The translations under genes were made by a program, and so were the position numbers. The notes beneath the pieces were generated by a model. That model was not told the origin of the DNA and made no database searches. It was given only the letters and a program-made list of their open reading frames with translations. 64,000 nt of DNA. Origin: a bacterium (GTDB lineage: Bacteria; Desulfobacterota; DSWW01). The stretch lies in the NCBI GenBank assembly GCA_040756235.1, contig JBFLZG010000062.1:89913-153912 (forward strand). The letters run 5' to 3'. Below, piece by piece: positions 27,991-37,906 of this stretch. Numbering within the stretch: the first letter of the stretch is position 1; each line of letters opens with the position of its first letter.

Positions 27991-29196
27991 CTAGAGATCG
28001 TGGGTTCCGTAGCGCATGCCTTCGAAGGGAAGGGCCGCAATGTCCTCGACCGGCTGCCATTGAAGCCGCACAGCCACGGCTACGATATGGCCATCGATTT
28101 CGTTGCCGCTGGAATGGTTGGAGAGATGCAGGAAGCGATAATAGAGCTCGGCCACCAAGCGTCGCCCCAGGAGCCAGGCAAGCCCCGGGGTGCCCTGGAA
28201 CACGTCCGAGTCGATTTCGGACCCGGAGAGGAGGGAGTCGCTTCCGACCCAGTGGCCTACGAAATAGAAGGCCAGAGGTTCGTAAGGGTTGAGACTCAGC
28301 GTCATGTTGGCCCGGTTCTGCTGGATCGCCGCCCCTACGGGGCTGGTGATCACACCCCGGCTCGCGATCAGCTCCAGGGACAGGGGCCGGAACTCTTTGA
28401 ACATGCGGAATACCGCCTCCAGAGCATGATCTTCCTCGACTTCGCCCAGAGATTGTCGGAGATAGCGGTACCCCAGAGCGCCTTCCACGGTCAAAGTGTC
28501 CGAGAAAGCGTGCTCCAGAGAAGCGAGGAAGTTGCCGGAAGTCACCGATTCCGGATCGTAGTCCCAGCGCGAGCCCCCGACTTCGGCTGAGACCGTGGTC
28601 TTCCTGTCAGCCAGCTCGCGGGTGAATCGCAGAGCGCCGCCTTCGGTGCGGTAATCGCGCAGAGCGGGGTCCCGGTACTCGCCCCAGGTGAAGATTGCCC
28701 TGGGAGCCAGGCTCGTTCTCTCTCCCAGGGCCACGCTGACGAAAGGCTCGGCGGTCCAGAGCCGTCTGCGGTGCCGGTCGACGGCAATCCCCAGGGCGGT
28801 CACCTCCCGCTCGATCGAGTGGTCTTCGTTGAAGGAGGCGTCGGCGCCTGCAGCCCATCGCTCGCTGGCGTCCACGGAGCCGCTCAGAGAGTAAAGCTGA
28901 TTGGTGGCGTCGAGGCCGTCCTGCCTGGCGTAGAGCTCATGCTCGATGCCCAGGGAGACCTCGCCGCGTGCGCGGTCGCCCTCCAACCATCCCTCGAGCT
29001 TGGGCGCAAGGACGGTGACGAAGTCCTCTTCGCGGTCCTGAGCGGTGAAGAGCACGTTCGAACGGTAATCCTCCTGGACCGCCAGAAGCGGGTTCAGGCG
29101 GATCTGGGTGTCTGCGCTGCCGGTGGCTGGCGAGCACCAGAACAGCATCGCCACGAGCCACCCGGCCCTGATGGTGTTCCAGGGGTGCCGTTTCAT
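27991..29196 (-). CDS. Outer-membrane beta-barrel protein of the EPS export system
   Basis: Signal peptide; EDYRSNV..., EEDFVTVLAP; amphipathic beta-strands throughout; start ATG 29196 overlaps the upstream stop. Confidence 0.8.
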   Translation of the reverse strand: MKRHPWNTIRAGWLVAMLFWCSPATGSADTQIRLNPLLAVQEDYRSNVLFTAQDREEDFVTVLAPKLEGWLEGDRARGEVSLGIEHELYARQDGLDATNQLYSLSGSVDASERWAAGADASFNEDHSIEREVTALGIAVDRHRRRLWTAEPFVSVALGERTSLAPRAIFTWGEYRDPALRDYRTEGGALRFTRELADRKTTVSAEVGGSRWDYDPESVTSGNFLASLEHAFSDTLTVEGALGYRYLRQSLGEVEEDHALEAVFRMFKEFRPLSLELIASRGVITSPVGAAIQQNRANMTLSLNPYEPLAFYFVGHWVGSDSLLSGSEIDSDVFQGTPGLAWLLGRRLVAELYYRFLHLSNHSSGNEIDGHIVAVAVRLQWQPVEDIAALPFEGMRYGTHDL

Positions 29197-31106
29197 GCTC
29201 GACCGTCCTCTGCGGGAGAGTCTGTTTCCGGGGGGGCGCCCCCGCTCCCGTCTCGTAGTTGAAGGATGAGGTCCATGAGCTCCGCCCTGGTCTTGCGGAA
29301 CTCGCTCAGCGGGACAAGCAGGTCGATCCGCCGCCCGTCGACGACGAGACTCCTGTAGGGAGAGAGCATGGAGACGAGCCGGGACCTCGTTCGTCTTCCG
29401 ATTTCCGGCGACTTCTGCTCCAGAGCGCGCACCAGGCTCTCGGCGAGCTCGCAATAACGCAGGTCGTTCACACCCTCTCGGACAGCCTCCCACCAGTACG
29501 TCGCCGCCATGCCCTCCTGCAGAGGATAGGCGATGACCGGGTCCGGGCCGTCCTCGTCCGTGAACGCATTCCCTCTGGGCCGGAACAGGGTCCAGGCGCT
29601 CGCCCCGTCCAGATGGCTGTTGAACAGATAGAAGCCGAACAGCAGCCTCGCGAAGAAGGGAGACTTTAGGTATCCGAGTGGGAGGTAGTAGGTTTCGAGC
29701 CACGGGTGCTTCGAACGAGGTTTCCCGTCCTGGCCGAGGGCTCCCTCTGCGTATTCGCGCTGCAACACCGAGACGTATTCGAAAAGGGCCTCGTTACCGC
29801 TCCCTTCCTCCCCGTTGTCGCCGGGCCCGCGGGCCCGTTCCGGTTCCGTTCGCTCGTCCGTTGCGCGGCCCCGGAGTCGTTGGGATGGCCGCGAGGGACT
29901 CTCCTGCGGCTCGAGCAGAATGTCCCCGGAGGGCGTGCGGCTCCGGCTTCTGCCGAGGCGCTGGAGACCGAGGCCGTAGCTTGCCCAGTCCAGGGGCTCC
30001 ACCACGCCCTCGATTCCGTAGGGGCGCAGCTCCCGGTAGACGCGGCTCTCGGGCTGGGCCAGCTCGATCGCGAGCGGGTAGAGGATCGAAGTCGTGACGC
30101 GGCCTCCCATGCCGTGGATCTGCCTGGAGAGACGCACCTGCTCGGCCATTCTGGACCAGGATCCGGGGCCGCTGCGCCCCTTGGGCTGGGGCTCGTCCAC
30201 CCCGTAGAAGTACTGTGCGAGTCGGCCGGCCGCGGGAGCCGCTTCCTCGACTGTTCGAGGAAGGTCCGCCTGGATGAGGTGAGTGAACCCGAGCTCCTCC
30301 AGCAAAGGAAGGACCTTGTCCCTTTCGCCCCGTGCTACGGTGCCCTTGAGGCGCGTCGCCGTCATCCCGTGGGCGGCCTGGTCCCGCAGGGAAGGCTCGA
30401 AGTGCGGGTCGGAAGGAGCGCCGAAGTCGTTGGCCACGCTCAGCACCTTGCCGGGAGGAGCCAGGGTGAAAGGGAGGACTTCGATCTCGAGGGCAACGCT
30501 GGTGAGTACCTCCCCGGAGCTTGCAACCAGCTCGATCGTGCCGCGGTGCGTGCCGACGTGGAGCGCGGGAGGGATGGTGGCCCGGACCAGCACGTACCGG
30601 GTCGGGTGAGCATCGAAGAGGACCGTGATGCCGTCCTGGGGAGGTTGCGAGAGGAATCGTTCGCCTCTCAGGTCCCGGAGCTGCGTTTCGAACCGCGGCT
30701 CGTCGCGGATGAGAATGTCCGGATAGGACGCGCTCCGCTTCTGCAGGGCCTCGCGGCCCAGCATGGCCTCCATGTACCGGTTGGAGCGCTTCAGCCCCCG
30801 GATGAGGAAGAGCTCGAGCTGCGGGACAGAACGTCCGTCCGGCCCGCTCGCGACCCGGGCCCGAACGGTCGCCTTCGGCGAGGGAGCGCGGACCGCCAGA
30901 ACGGCCACGGTCGACACTTCTCCGCGCGCAAGGCGTGCGCGCAGCACGCCGGAGGGATCCGTGGGCAGCAGGTTCGGGGGATCACCTTCCTCGGGCAGCT
31001 CGATCGCAAAAGGCTCGATCAGCCGGGCACCCGGCAGTGTCGAAGGCGCCGGGGTCTCTTGCCCTGCGAGGAGCAGAGCGGCCAGGAGCAGGCTAGTGGC
31101 GAACAT
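29193..31106 (-). CDS. Secreted glycoside-hydrolase-like protein (GH123/DUF4091-like)
   Basis: Signal peptide; GEV, G...G.I.L, LEIEVLPFTL, YGVDEP, WEAVREGVNDLRY. Confidence 0.65.
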   Translation of the reverse strand: MFATSLLLAALLLAGQETPAPSTLPGARLIEPFAIELPEEGDPPNLLPTDPSGVLRARLARGEVSTVAVLAVRAPSPKATVRARVASGPDGRSVPQLELFLIRGLKRSNRYMEAMLGREALQKRSASYPDILIRDEPRFETQLRDLRGERFLSQPPQDGITVLFDAHPTRYVLVRATIPPALHVGTHRGTIELVASSGEVLTSVALEIEVLPFTLAPPGKVLSVANDFGAPSDPHFEPSLRDQAAHGMTATRLKGTVARGERDKVLPLLEELGFTHLIQADLPRTVEEAAPAAGRLAQYFYGVDEPQPKGRSGPGSWSRMAEQVRLSRQIHGMGGRVTTSILYPLAIELAQPESRVYRELRPYGIEGVVEPLDWASYGLGLQRLGRSRSRTPSGDILLEPQESPSRPSQRLRGRATDERTEPERARGPGDNGEEGSGNEALFEYVSVLQREYAEGALGQDGKPRSKHPWLETYYLPLGYLKSPFFARLLFGFYLFNSHLDGASAWTLFRPRGNAFTDEDGPDPVIAYPLQEGMAATYWWEAVREGVNDLRYCELAESLVRALEQKSPEIGRRTRSRLVSMLSPYRSLVVDGRRIDLLVPLSEFRKTRAELMDLILQLRDGSGGAPPETDSPAEDGRA

Positions 31107-31129
31107 GCAACCGATCCTCGCGCCGGCTC

Positions 31130-32530
31130 CTAGAGATACCCGAACTGCTTGAGCCGTTCCAGGATGATTTCATCGCATTCGGGTTCAATCTCTCCCCCGT
31201 GAGGCTGCTGGATCCCGGAGAGCCACGCGTTGAGCCGTGCTTGCATCGATCCGGCCAGTTCCTCGTCCCGGTCGATCAGATTGCGGTTTTCACCGGGATC
31301 TTTCTGTAGGTCATACAGCTCGTGGCGGCCATCCGAGGCCCAGATGTACTTGCGGGTGTCGGTGCGCAAGGATCGCAGCCTGCGATCGTATCTGGAGCAG
31401 TCATAGCTCGGGTAGAGCCGGCGGATGCGCCGGAGATTGGGACAGGGTTCCTCCGAGACGGCAAAAGGGAGCGGGTTGCGGGAGACTTCCTCGGGCACGA
31501 GCGAGCGCCCGCGCAAATCGTTGGGAAGGTCGCTGCGGCTCGCGCCGACGACGTCCAGCACCGTCGTGAAGAGCTCGTGGGTCTGGACCAGCGAGTCGAC
31601 CCGCACGTTGCGCAGGCGGCGGCTGTCCGGGAAATGGATGATCAGCGGAACGTGAAGGAGGGTGTCGTAGAGACAGTACTGGTGGGCCATCAGACCGTGG
31701 TCGCCCAGGTTCTCCCCGTGATCGGAGGTGATCATGACGAGGGCGTCGTCCAGGGAGGTCTCGCGACCGAGGAGCGCCAGCAATTCGCCGATGCGCTGGT
31801 CCATGCAAGCGATCTGACTGTCGTAACGGCGCTGGACGAGGTCCTGCTCGGCCTCGGTCATGCCCTTGCCCTGAACGATGAAGCGGTGCGGATCGCGGTG
31901 GAGTCTCTCGGCGGCCTTGGCCTGGGCGCCGAGGAAACGCCTGGCTTCCCGGTGGACGAAGTGAGGGAGATGGGGATCGCTGAGCAACACGAACAGGAAG
32001 AAGGGTCTGTCTTTGCGCCGTACGCCGGAGAGCCACGCCCGGACCCACGCGAGGGTGCTTTTGCTGGCCCGGCCGTTGCGGCTGGAGTAGGTCTTCTCGA
32101 TGACCTTGGCACCCAGGCGTCCGGCCCGGCCGAGCCTGGCCATGCGATCGGCCAGAGGGGAACGGAGTCGGTAGGTCTCGAACCCCCGGTTGAATCCGAA
32201 GACAGGATCGAGCCAGGCGTTGCAGCAGAAGCCGGCGGTCTGATAGCCCTCGTTACGGAGCTTCTCGGCCAGGGTCTGAAACCGGGCGCTCAGGACCTGG
32301 TTTCCGAAATGGGTCCCGTGCTGGGACGGGTACAGGCCGGTGAACATCGAGGCGTGAGAGGGCAGGGTCCAGCAGGCCGGCGAGATCGATCGTTCGTAGA
32401 GGACGCTGTTCTCGGCCAGACCGTCGAGGTTGGGCGTGGTCGGGCGCACGTGGCCGTAACTCGAGAGATGATCGGCACGGGTGGCGTCCATGGAAACCAG
32501 CACGATGTCGGGTCGGTTCTTGCTCGGCAT
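31130..32530 (-). CDS. Sulfatase-like hydrolase/transferase (alkaline phosphatase superfamily)
   Basis: PDIVLVSMDATRADH, WTLPSHASMFTGLYPSQHG, PH, SDHGE, HVPLII, ELYDL..DPGE. Confidence 0.9.
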   Translation of the reverse strand: MPSKNRPDIVLVSMDATRADHLSSYGHVRPTTPNLDGLAENSVLYERSISPACWTLPSHASMFTGLYPSQHGTHFGNQVLSARFQTLAEKLRNEGYQTAGFCCNAWLDPVFGFNRGFETYRLRSPLADRMARLGRAGRLGAKVIEKTYSSRNGRASKSTLAWVRAWLSGVRRKDRPFFLFVLLSDPHLPHFVHREARRFLGAQAKAAERLHRDPHRFIVQGKGMTEAEQDLVQRRYDSQIACMDQRIGELLALLGRETSLDDALVMITSDHGENLGDHGLMAHQYCLYDTLLHVPLIIHFPDSRRLRNVRVDSLVQTHELFTTVLDVVGASRSDLPNDLRGRSLVPEEVSRNPLPFAVSEEPCPNLRRIRRLYPSYDCSRYDRRLRSLRTDTRKYIWASDGRHELYDLQKDPGENRNLIDRDEELAGSMQARLNAWLSGIQQPHGGEIEPECDEIILERLKQFGYL

Positions 32531-32538
32531 GCTATCCC

Positions 32539-33189
32539 TCAATCGAACCAGCGGATCACCTGATAGGCCTCCGCGAAGGCGCACCCCGCTTCCAGCCCGC
32601 GCTGCCGCGCTTTGATCTCGAGGGCCTCGACCGAGTAAGGGTGCGGGAACGGACGGGCCTCGTTGGCGTAGCAGGCAAAGGCCCTCTTCTTGGCCTCGAT
32701 GGTGCGTGAGACGTCCACGTAGTAATTGGCCTGAAAGGCGCGCCCGTGGTATTCGGCGCTGTTGATGATTTCGCAGCCGAGGACCTTGAGCCGCCGCGAC
32801 AGAGGCCTTGCATGGATCAGGGCGATCTCGTGGATGACCCGGTGATCGCGGTTGAGATCGTCGGCGCAGTGGGTGAGCATGAGCTCCGGCTCCAGGTCCA
32901 GGGCACCGAGCTTGTCCGCGATCTCCCGGGTCGGATAGCCCTCGAACCTCTGGTCTTCGAGATCCAGGTAGTGCAGCTGCTGGATTCCCAGAGCGGCGGC
33001 TGCCCGGGCCGCATCGGCGCGGTTGTCCACCTCTCGGCCTTCTCTGCGAAAGCGCGCGCAGGAGGCGATCACCGCGACCACCTGGAACCCCCTGGCGGCG
33101 AGCAGGGGGATGTAGCCTCCGCAGCCGATCGTCTCGTCATCCGCATGGGCGACGAATACCAGGACCTGTGGTGCCCGTTGCTCGCTCAT
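32539..33189 (-). CDS. PIG-L/LmbE family deacetylase
   Basis: AHADDETIGCGG, TH...D...DH, Y..E....PH, AEAY. Confidence 0.9.
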   Translation of the reverse strand: MSEQRAPQVLVFVAHADDETIGCGGYIPLLAARGFQVVAVIASCARFRREGREVDNRADAARAAAALGIQQLHYLDLEDQRFEGYPTREIADKLGALDLEPELMLTHCADDLNRDHRVIHEIALIHARPLSRRLKVLGCEIINSAEYHGRAFQANYYVDVSRTIEAKKRAFACYANEARPFPHPYSVEALEIKARQRGLEAGCAFAEAYQVIRWFD

Positions 33190-33190
33190 T

Positions 33191-34168
33191 TCAGTATACG
33201 TCCGAGTCTCCCATGGTGATGTACCAGTTGGCCGGGTCGCGGATCTCGTCCGGGTCGCCGCCGAAGGCGGCGGAAACCCGAGCGAAGAATGTCCTGTCCT
33301 GGGGGTCCGGGTCAAATCCGTGCTCCCGCAGCACGCCGTGGAGAGGTGCGTGCCGGGGCATCCAGCACGACAGGCTGTTCGCGCCTGCCCGCTCGGAGAG
33401 GGAGACGGCCTGCCGCACCAGCGCTGCCATGGCATCCTGGTCCTCGGGGTCGGTCCAAACATCCACGATATGCGAGCCGGCAGGTGCGTCGGCCCTGTGG
33501 TAGTCCTTGTAGATCAGGTAGCCGACCAGCTCTCCGGCCCTGAAGGCCGCCCAGGGCAGGTACACATCGCCCGGTTTCTTCCGGTAGCGCCAGGACAGGT
33601 AAGCCCGATCCCGGACCAGGGCGAAGCGGAATGCCTCCCGCAAGCTGTCGCAGAGTCGGTCGATCCCGCCCGAGACCCCGTCCCACCTTTCGACGCGCAC
33701 GCCGTCCAGCTTACCGGAGCGCAGCCCGGGGCGGGCGGATCTCACGAGATGCGGGACTTTCATGACCGGATGCCACTGGGTCTTGGCGATGTGCCCGGCC
33801 GACTTGTCATTGGGAAAGACGTAGGCGAGAGAGTGGTCGCTCGCGCAGAAAGCCTGCAGGGCCATCTCTTTCATGCTCGCATGCAGACCCCGGTGGCGGA
33901 ATTCGGGGTGGGTCATGGTGTCGACCCAGAGGACCGCCTTGGCCTTGCGGCGGTTGATGTGCCAGTCGAAAGGGAGTGCGCCGGTGTGGCTGATCACTCG
34001 TCCGTCCAGCTCGGCGATCCAGGCCTGGCCCGGGCCTCCCGGGCACTCCGGGTACTCCCAGGTCCACCTCTGCAAGGTGTAGGGGGTATGGGGCTGGACG
34101 AGGCGGATCAGGGAAAGGATGCCGTCCAAGTCGGAGATGCGATAAGGCCTCAGGGTCCACGCGTCCAT
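33191..34168 (-). CDS. Two-domain GNAT family acyltransferase
   Basis: W.Y...P.G, DTMTHPEFRHRGL, FPN..S, R...YL.WRY...P, terminal GDSDVY. Confidence 0.85.
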   Translation of the reverse strand: MDAWTLRPYRISDLDGILSLIRLVQPHTPYTLQRWTWEYPECPGGPGQAWIAELDGRVISHTGALPFDWHINRRKAKAVLWVDTMTHPEFRHRGLHASMKEMALQAFCASDHSLAYVFPNDKSAGHIAKTQWHPVMKVPHLVRSARPGLRSGKLDGVRVERWDGVSGGIDRLCDSLREAFRFALVRDRAYLSWRYRKKPGDVYLPWAAFRAGELVGYLIYKDYHRADAPAGSHIVDVWTDPEDQDAMAALVRQAVSLSERAGANSLSCWMPRHAPLHGVLREHGFDPDPQDRTFFARVSAAFGGDPDEIRDPANWYITMGDSDVY

Positions 34169-34791
34169 CACACCTGTTCCTCTCGATCCGTCCGGTCCCT
34201 CAGAAATCCGGACAGGGTCCGGGTCAGTATCTTGAGATCCAGCCACAGCGATCGGCTGCACACGTACTGCAGATCGGCTTCGAGCTTGCGCGGGAGCGAG
34301 ATCTCCACATAGTGTCGCTCCCACTCGGGTCCTCCGTCGATGTTCTCTTCGTGGAACCGCTTCAGCGTGACCCAGGAAAGACCGGTCATGCCGGGAGGGA
34401 CGTCCAGAAGCCGGCCGTAGCGGCCCTGGAACAGATCCCGGTACTTCGGATCCTCCGCGCGCGGTCCCACCAGGCTCATCTCTCCCTTGAGAACGTTGAG
34501 GAGCTGGGGCAGCTCATCCATCTTCGTCTGGCGCAGGGTCCGACCGATTCGCGTGATCCTCGAATCTCCCTGGTAGGTAACCGGAGGGCCTTTCTTCTCG
34601 GCATCCTCCACCATGGTCCTGAATTTCAGGATGCGGAATTCCTTCCCCCCCCTTCCGATCCGTCGGCCACGATAGAGGATGGGGCCGGGAGAGTCGAGCT
34701 TGACGAGGAGCGCGATGGTCGCCATGAGCGGTAAGGCCCCGACTAGCACGAGGGCGCTCGCAAGGAGGTCGAAAAGCCTCTTGACGGTCAT
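34168..34791 (-). CDS. Initiating sugar (phosphoglycosyl) transferase
   Basis: KRLFD, SPGP.LY...RIG..GKEF...[32 protein letters not shown]. Confidence 0.95.
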   Translation of the reverse strand: MTVKRLFDLLASALVLVGALPLMATIALLVKLDSPGPILYRGRRIGRGGKEFRILKFRTMVEDAEKKGPPVTYQGDSRITRIGRTLRQTKMDELPQLLNVLKGEMSLVGPRAEDPKYRDLFQGRYGRLLDVPPGMTGLSWVTLKRFHEENIDGGPEWERHYVEISLPRKLEADLQYVCSRSLWLDLKILTRTLSGFLRDRTDREEQV

Positions 34792-34925
34792 GGTGTCCTC
34801 GAGGGACCGAGGCACCCGGAGCCGTGTGCCGCGCCCGGGCGCCGGGCGATCCGGGGATCTTGCGGAGAACGGTGTCCGCAACGACCGGGGCCCGCATGGC
34901 TCGTCGCGCCAGGGCTCTGCATGCA

Positions 34926-36152
34926 TCACGCCGGACTCTCGACCCAGGTGGTCGGCACGGGTTTGATCAGCGCCTCCCAGTCGACCTGCGGTCTCTTGCG
35001 GCGCAGGAGCTCGCGGTACGCCCGGTCGGTCCTGACAAAGAAGGCTCTCTCGTCCATCATCTGCTCGGCTTTCGCGCGTCCGGCCCTGCCCATGGCGTCT
35101 GCCTGCGCGTCGTCGGACAGGACGGTGCGGATGGCATGCGCCAAGCGGGTCGGGTCCTTCGCGGGCACGAGCAGGCCGTTGACGCCGTCCTCGACGATCT
35201 CCCGGGTCCCCCGGACGTCGGTCGCCACGACCGGTTTGCCGAGGGCGCACGCCTCCATCACGTTGCGCGGGATGCCCTCCGCATAGGACGGAGAAACCAG
35301 CAGGTCGATGGCGCTCATCAGATCCGGGATGTCGTGGCGCAAGCCGAGAAAGCGCAGGTAACCGTCGAGGCCGTGCTCCCCCAGGAGCCGCATGGGATCG
35401 ACGGCTCCCTTCTTGCAGTGGGTCGCGCCGGCTGCGAGGAACACCGCCGGAAAGCCCTGTTCCTTGAGGATCCTGGCCGCTTCGAAGTACTCGTAAAATC
35501 CCTTTTCCCGGACGAGCCTGCCGACCATGGCCACGACCTTGCTGCCCGGCGGGATTCCCAGCTCCCGGCGTTTGGCCCCGACGAGCTCCGGGGTGACCCG
35601 GGACGGGTGAAAGACCCGGGTATCGATGCCGTTGCCCAGGTAGCGGAGCTCTTCCGGCCGGGCGATCTTCATGCGGATGGCGGTCTGGATGTCCTCCCGG
35701 TTCTGGCTGAGCAGCAGGTCGGAAAAGAGCGCGCCCACCCGTTCGATCATGCCGTAAAAGGAGACCTCCCGCGGGTGCATCTCGTCGTGGAAATGAAATC
35801 CGTGGATCGTGTAGAGGACCACCGGGACCCCTGCCAGTCTGGCCGCGATCCGCCCCAGAAGTCCCGGCTTGATGGTGTGGGCGTGAACGATGTCGAAGCG
35901 CTCGGCACGGAAGTAACGGTACAGTTGGAGCAGGGTCTTCAAGTCTCGCAAGGGGGTGATCCGGGAAGGGAAGGGGATGACCTTCACGGGAATGCCGTCG
36001 GCCGTGACGGTGTCCTGCCGGATCAGGGTGCCCGGGTGCGTGACCGCATAGGTGCGATATCCCTGGTCCCGCAGGTAACGGATCATGTTGCGCGCGTGAA
36101 CTTGCAGACCCAGATCGAAATTCGCGAGGTGGACGACTTTGATGCTTCTCAT
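34926..36152 (-). CDS. Glycosyltransferase family 4
   Basis: HAHT.KPG..GR, GNGID, GRL..EKG, PSY.EG.P....EA.A.GKPVVATDV.G..E.V..G.NG. Confidence 0.95.
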   Translation of the reverse strand: MRSIKVVHLANFDLGLQVHARNMIRYLRDQGYRTYAVTHPGTLIRQDTVTADGIPVKVIPFPSRITPLRDLKTLLQLYRYFRAERFDIVHAHTIKPGLLGRIAARLAGVPVVLYTIHGFHFHDEMHPREVSFYGMIERVGALFSDLLLSQNREDIQTAIRMKIARPEELRYLGNGIDTRVFHPSRVTPELVGAKRRELGIPPGSKVVAMVGRLVREKGFYEYFEAARILKEQGFPAVFLAAGATHCKKGAVDPMRLLGEHGLDGYLRFLGLRHDIPDLMSAIDLLVSPSYAEGIPRNVMEACALGKPVVATDVRGTREIVEDGVNGLLVPAKDPTRLAHAIRTVLSDDAQADAMGRAGRAKAEQMMDERAFFVRTDRAYRELLRRKRPQVDWEALIKPVPTTWVESPA

Positions 36153-36241
36153 TTGCAGTCCTTTTGGGCAGCAGCTCGGACCGGGTGCCGAGGTTCCTCT
36201 TCAGTGCGTCTGGCGGATCCCTGCCGCCGGAGCCGGAGCGG

Positions 36242-37906
36242 TCAAGAGATGTAGCCGAGACTGCGGAGCCGGTCTTCGACCAGCGCCTTCTCATCCAGGG
36301 TGAAGACATGTTCCGAGCCCGCAGTCGCGGCCTTCGGCTCCTCATAGCGCAGAGGCCTCTCCTTCAGGATCCCGGGGAGGTAGGCCTTCTCCAGGACCCG
36401 ACCGTCCAGGTCGGCAGGGATGGGCAGGTCCAGGAGGTGGAGGAGGGTGGGCAGGAGGTCGATGAGCCTGGCGCCCTCGATGGCCGCGCCCCTCGGGAAA
36501 GCCGGACCGAGGGCGAGGAAGAGGCCCCGCATGGAATGGGCGCCGCTGAACTCCACCTGGATGTCCGTCATGAGATCGTTGTGAATTCCGATGCCTCCGA
36601 AGTCTCCATACCGGTCCCGGTGCCACTCTATGTAGAGATCCGGGACAAGAGGGTTCATGAGGTCCGCCCCGAGCTCCTCCTTGCGGAGGACGCGGGCGAC
36701 CATCGGTTCGCCGGTGAGAGGCTCTGTCAGCTCCCGAACGGCTCCGATGATGCGCTGGACCACGGCCTCGAAATCGGCGGGGTCGACGCAACCCTGCTCT
36801 TCTCTACCCTTGAGGTTGACATAGACCTGGCCCACGCCGCCGAACGGGAAGGCGGCCGACCTGGACCAGTCGATGGCGGAGCCCAGGGAAACGCGGTGGT
36901 TCGCCCGGATCCTCAGATCCTGGGGGACGAGCTTGCGGATGAGGTTCCGCAGGCGCGCCCTGGAGAGCAGGCCCATGAGGTTGGACGGGGTCAGACCCAG
37001 TCGAAACAGCCCCCTGCGCAGGGAGATCCGCCAATCGTTGCGGAAGTGCAGGAGGCCTCTTTCGAGAAACAGATTGTCGAGAAAGACGTGGCGCCAGTAG
37101 CCGCAGGAGCCGTGATCGGACATGAGGAGCAGCGTGTCGTTGCGGTCCAGCTTCTCCCAGATGCGGCGGATCATGTCGTCCATGAGCCGGTAATGGTCGA
37201 GCAGGACCTTCCCGTAGGCGGCGGCGGCGCGGGCGCGGTAGGCCGGATGCCCCGGGTCCTGACAGCGCCAGAAGGCATGGGAGAGGATGTCGGTCCCGCG
37301 AAAGACGACCATGAAGAGATCCCAGTCCCTCTCCTTCATGAGACACAGGACGGCCTCGCCACGCTTCTTTTCGACGTTCTCGACCGCTTCGACGAAGCCG
37401 TTCTCGAGCCCCCTCCTGTACTTCTGCGTCCGTTCCACCTCATAGTCGAACCTCGAGAGGAGCTCTGTGCGGAGCTCTGCGGGATAGGTGAAGGCGCTCG
37501 CGCGGCTCGGCGTCTCCAGTCCCGTGACGATGAACCCGTTGACGGGCTGGGGGGGGTAAGTGCAGGGGACATTGACCATGCCGACCTTGAGCCCGTGCCG
37601 GGAGAGGAGGACCGGGAGGGTGTCCCCGAAGATGCGGGTCCGGTCGAACGGCTCGAAGGCGCAGGTCCCGACCCTTCTGACCCAGGAGAAGACGCCGTGC
37701 GAAGCAGGCCTCTTTCCGGTCTGGAACGACACCCACGCCGGCGTCGTCAGAGGGGGAACGACGGACTGCAGCTGGCCTCTAACCCCGTTCTCGAGGAGCC
37801 TCGCGAAGGTCGGCAGACGGCCCTCGGACACCCAAGGGTCGATGAGATCGTAGGTGGCGCCGTCCAGGCCTACGACAAAGATTCTTCCGTGCGGGGAACG
37901 GCCCAT
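36242..37906 (-). CDS. Alkaline phosphatase superfamily protein (nucleotide pyrophosphatase/phosphodiesterase-like)
   Basis: VGLDGAT, PPLTTPAW.S..TG..P..HG, D..SH.FW, MSDHG, G.H...G, D..PT.L. Confidence 0.88.
   Translation of the reverse strand: MGRSPHGRIFVVGLDGATYDLIDPWVSEGRLPTFARLLENGVRGQLQSVVPPLTTPAWVSFQTGKRPASHGVFSWVRRVGTCAFEPFDRTRIFGDTLPVLLSRHGLKVGMVNVPCTYPPQPVNGFIVTGLETPSRASAFTYPAELRTELLSRFDYEVERTQKYRRGLENGFVEAVENVEKKRGEAVLCLMKERDWDLFMVVFRGTDILSHAFWRCQDPGHPAYRARAAAAYGKVLLDHYRLMDDMIRRIWEKLDRNDTLLLMSDHGSCGYWRHVFLDNLFLERGLLHFRNDWRISLRRGLFRLGLTPSNLMGLLSRARLRNLIRKLVPQDLRIRANHRVSLGSAIDWSRSAAFPFGGVGQVYVNLKGREEQGCVDPADFEAVVQRIIGAVRELTEPLTGEPMVARVLRKEELGADLMNPLVPDLYIEWHRDRYGDFGGIGIHNDLMTDIQVEFSGAHSMRGLFLALGPAFPRGAAIEGARLIDLLPTLLHLLDLPIPADLDGRVLEKAYLPGILKERPLRYEEPKAATAGSEHVFTLDEKALVEDRLRSLGYIS

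Noticed and set aside
25762..28590. 942-aa plus-strand ORF, and similar long ORFs at 11858..14374, 36164..38152, 38195..40417 and 41262..43448
   Set aside because: They overlap clearly recognisable genes in other frames or on the other strand and have no protein-like motifs.
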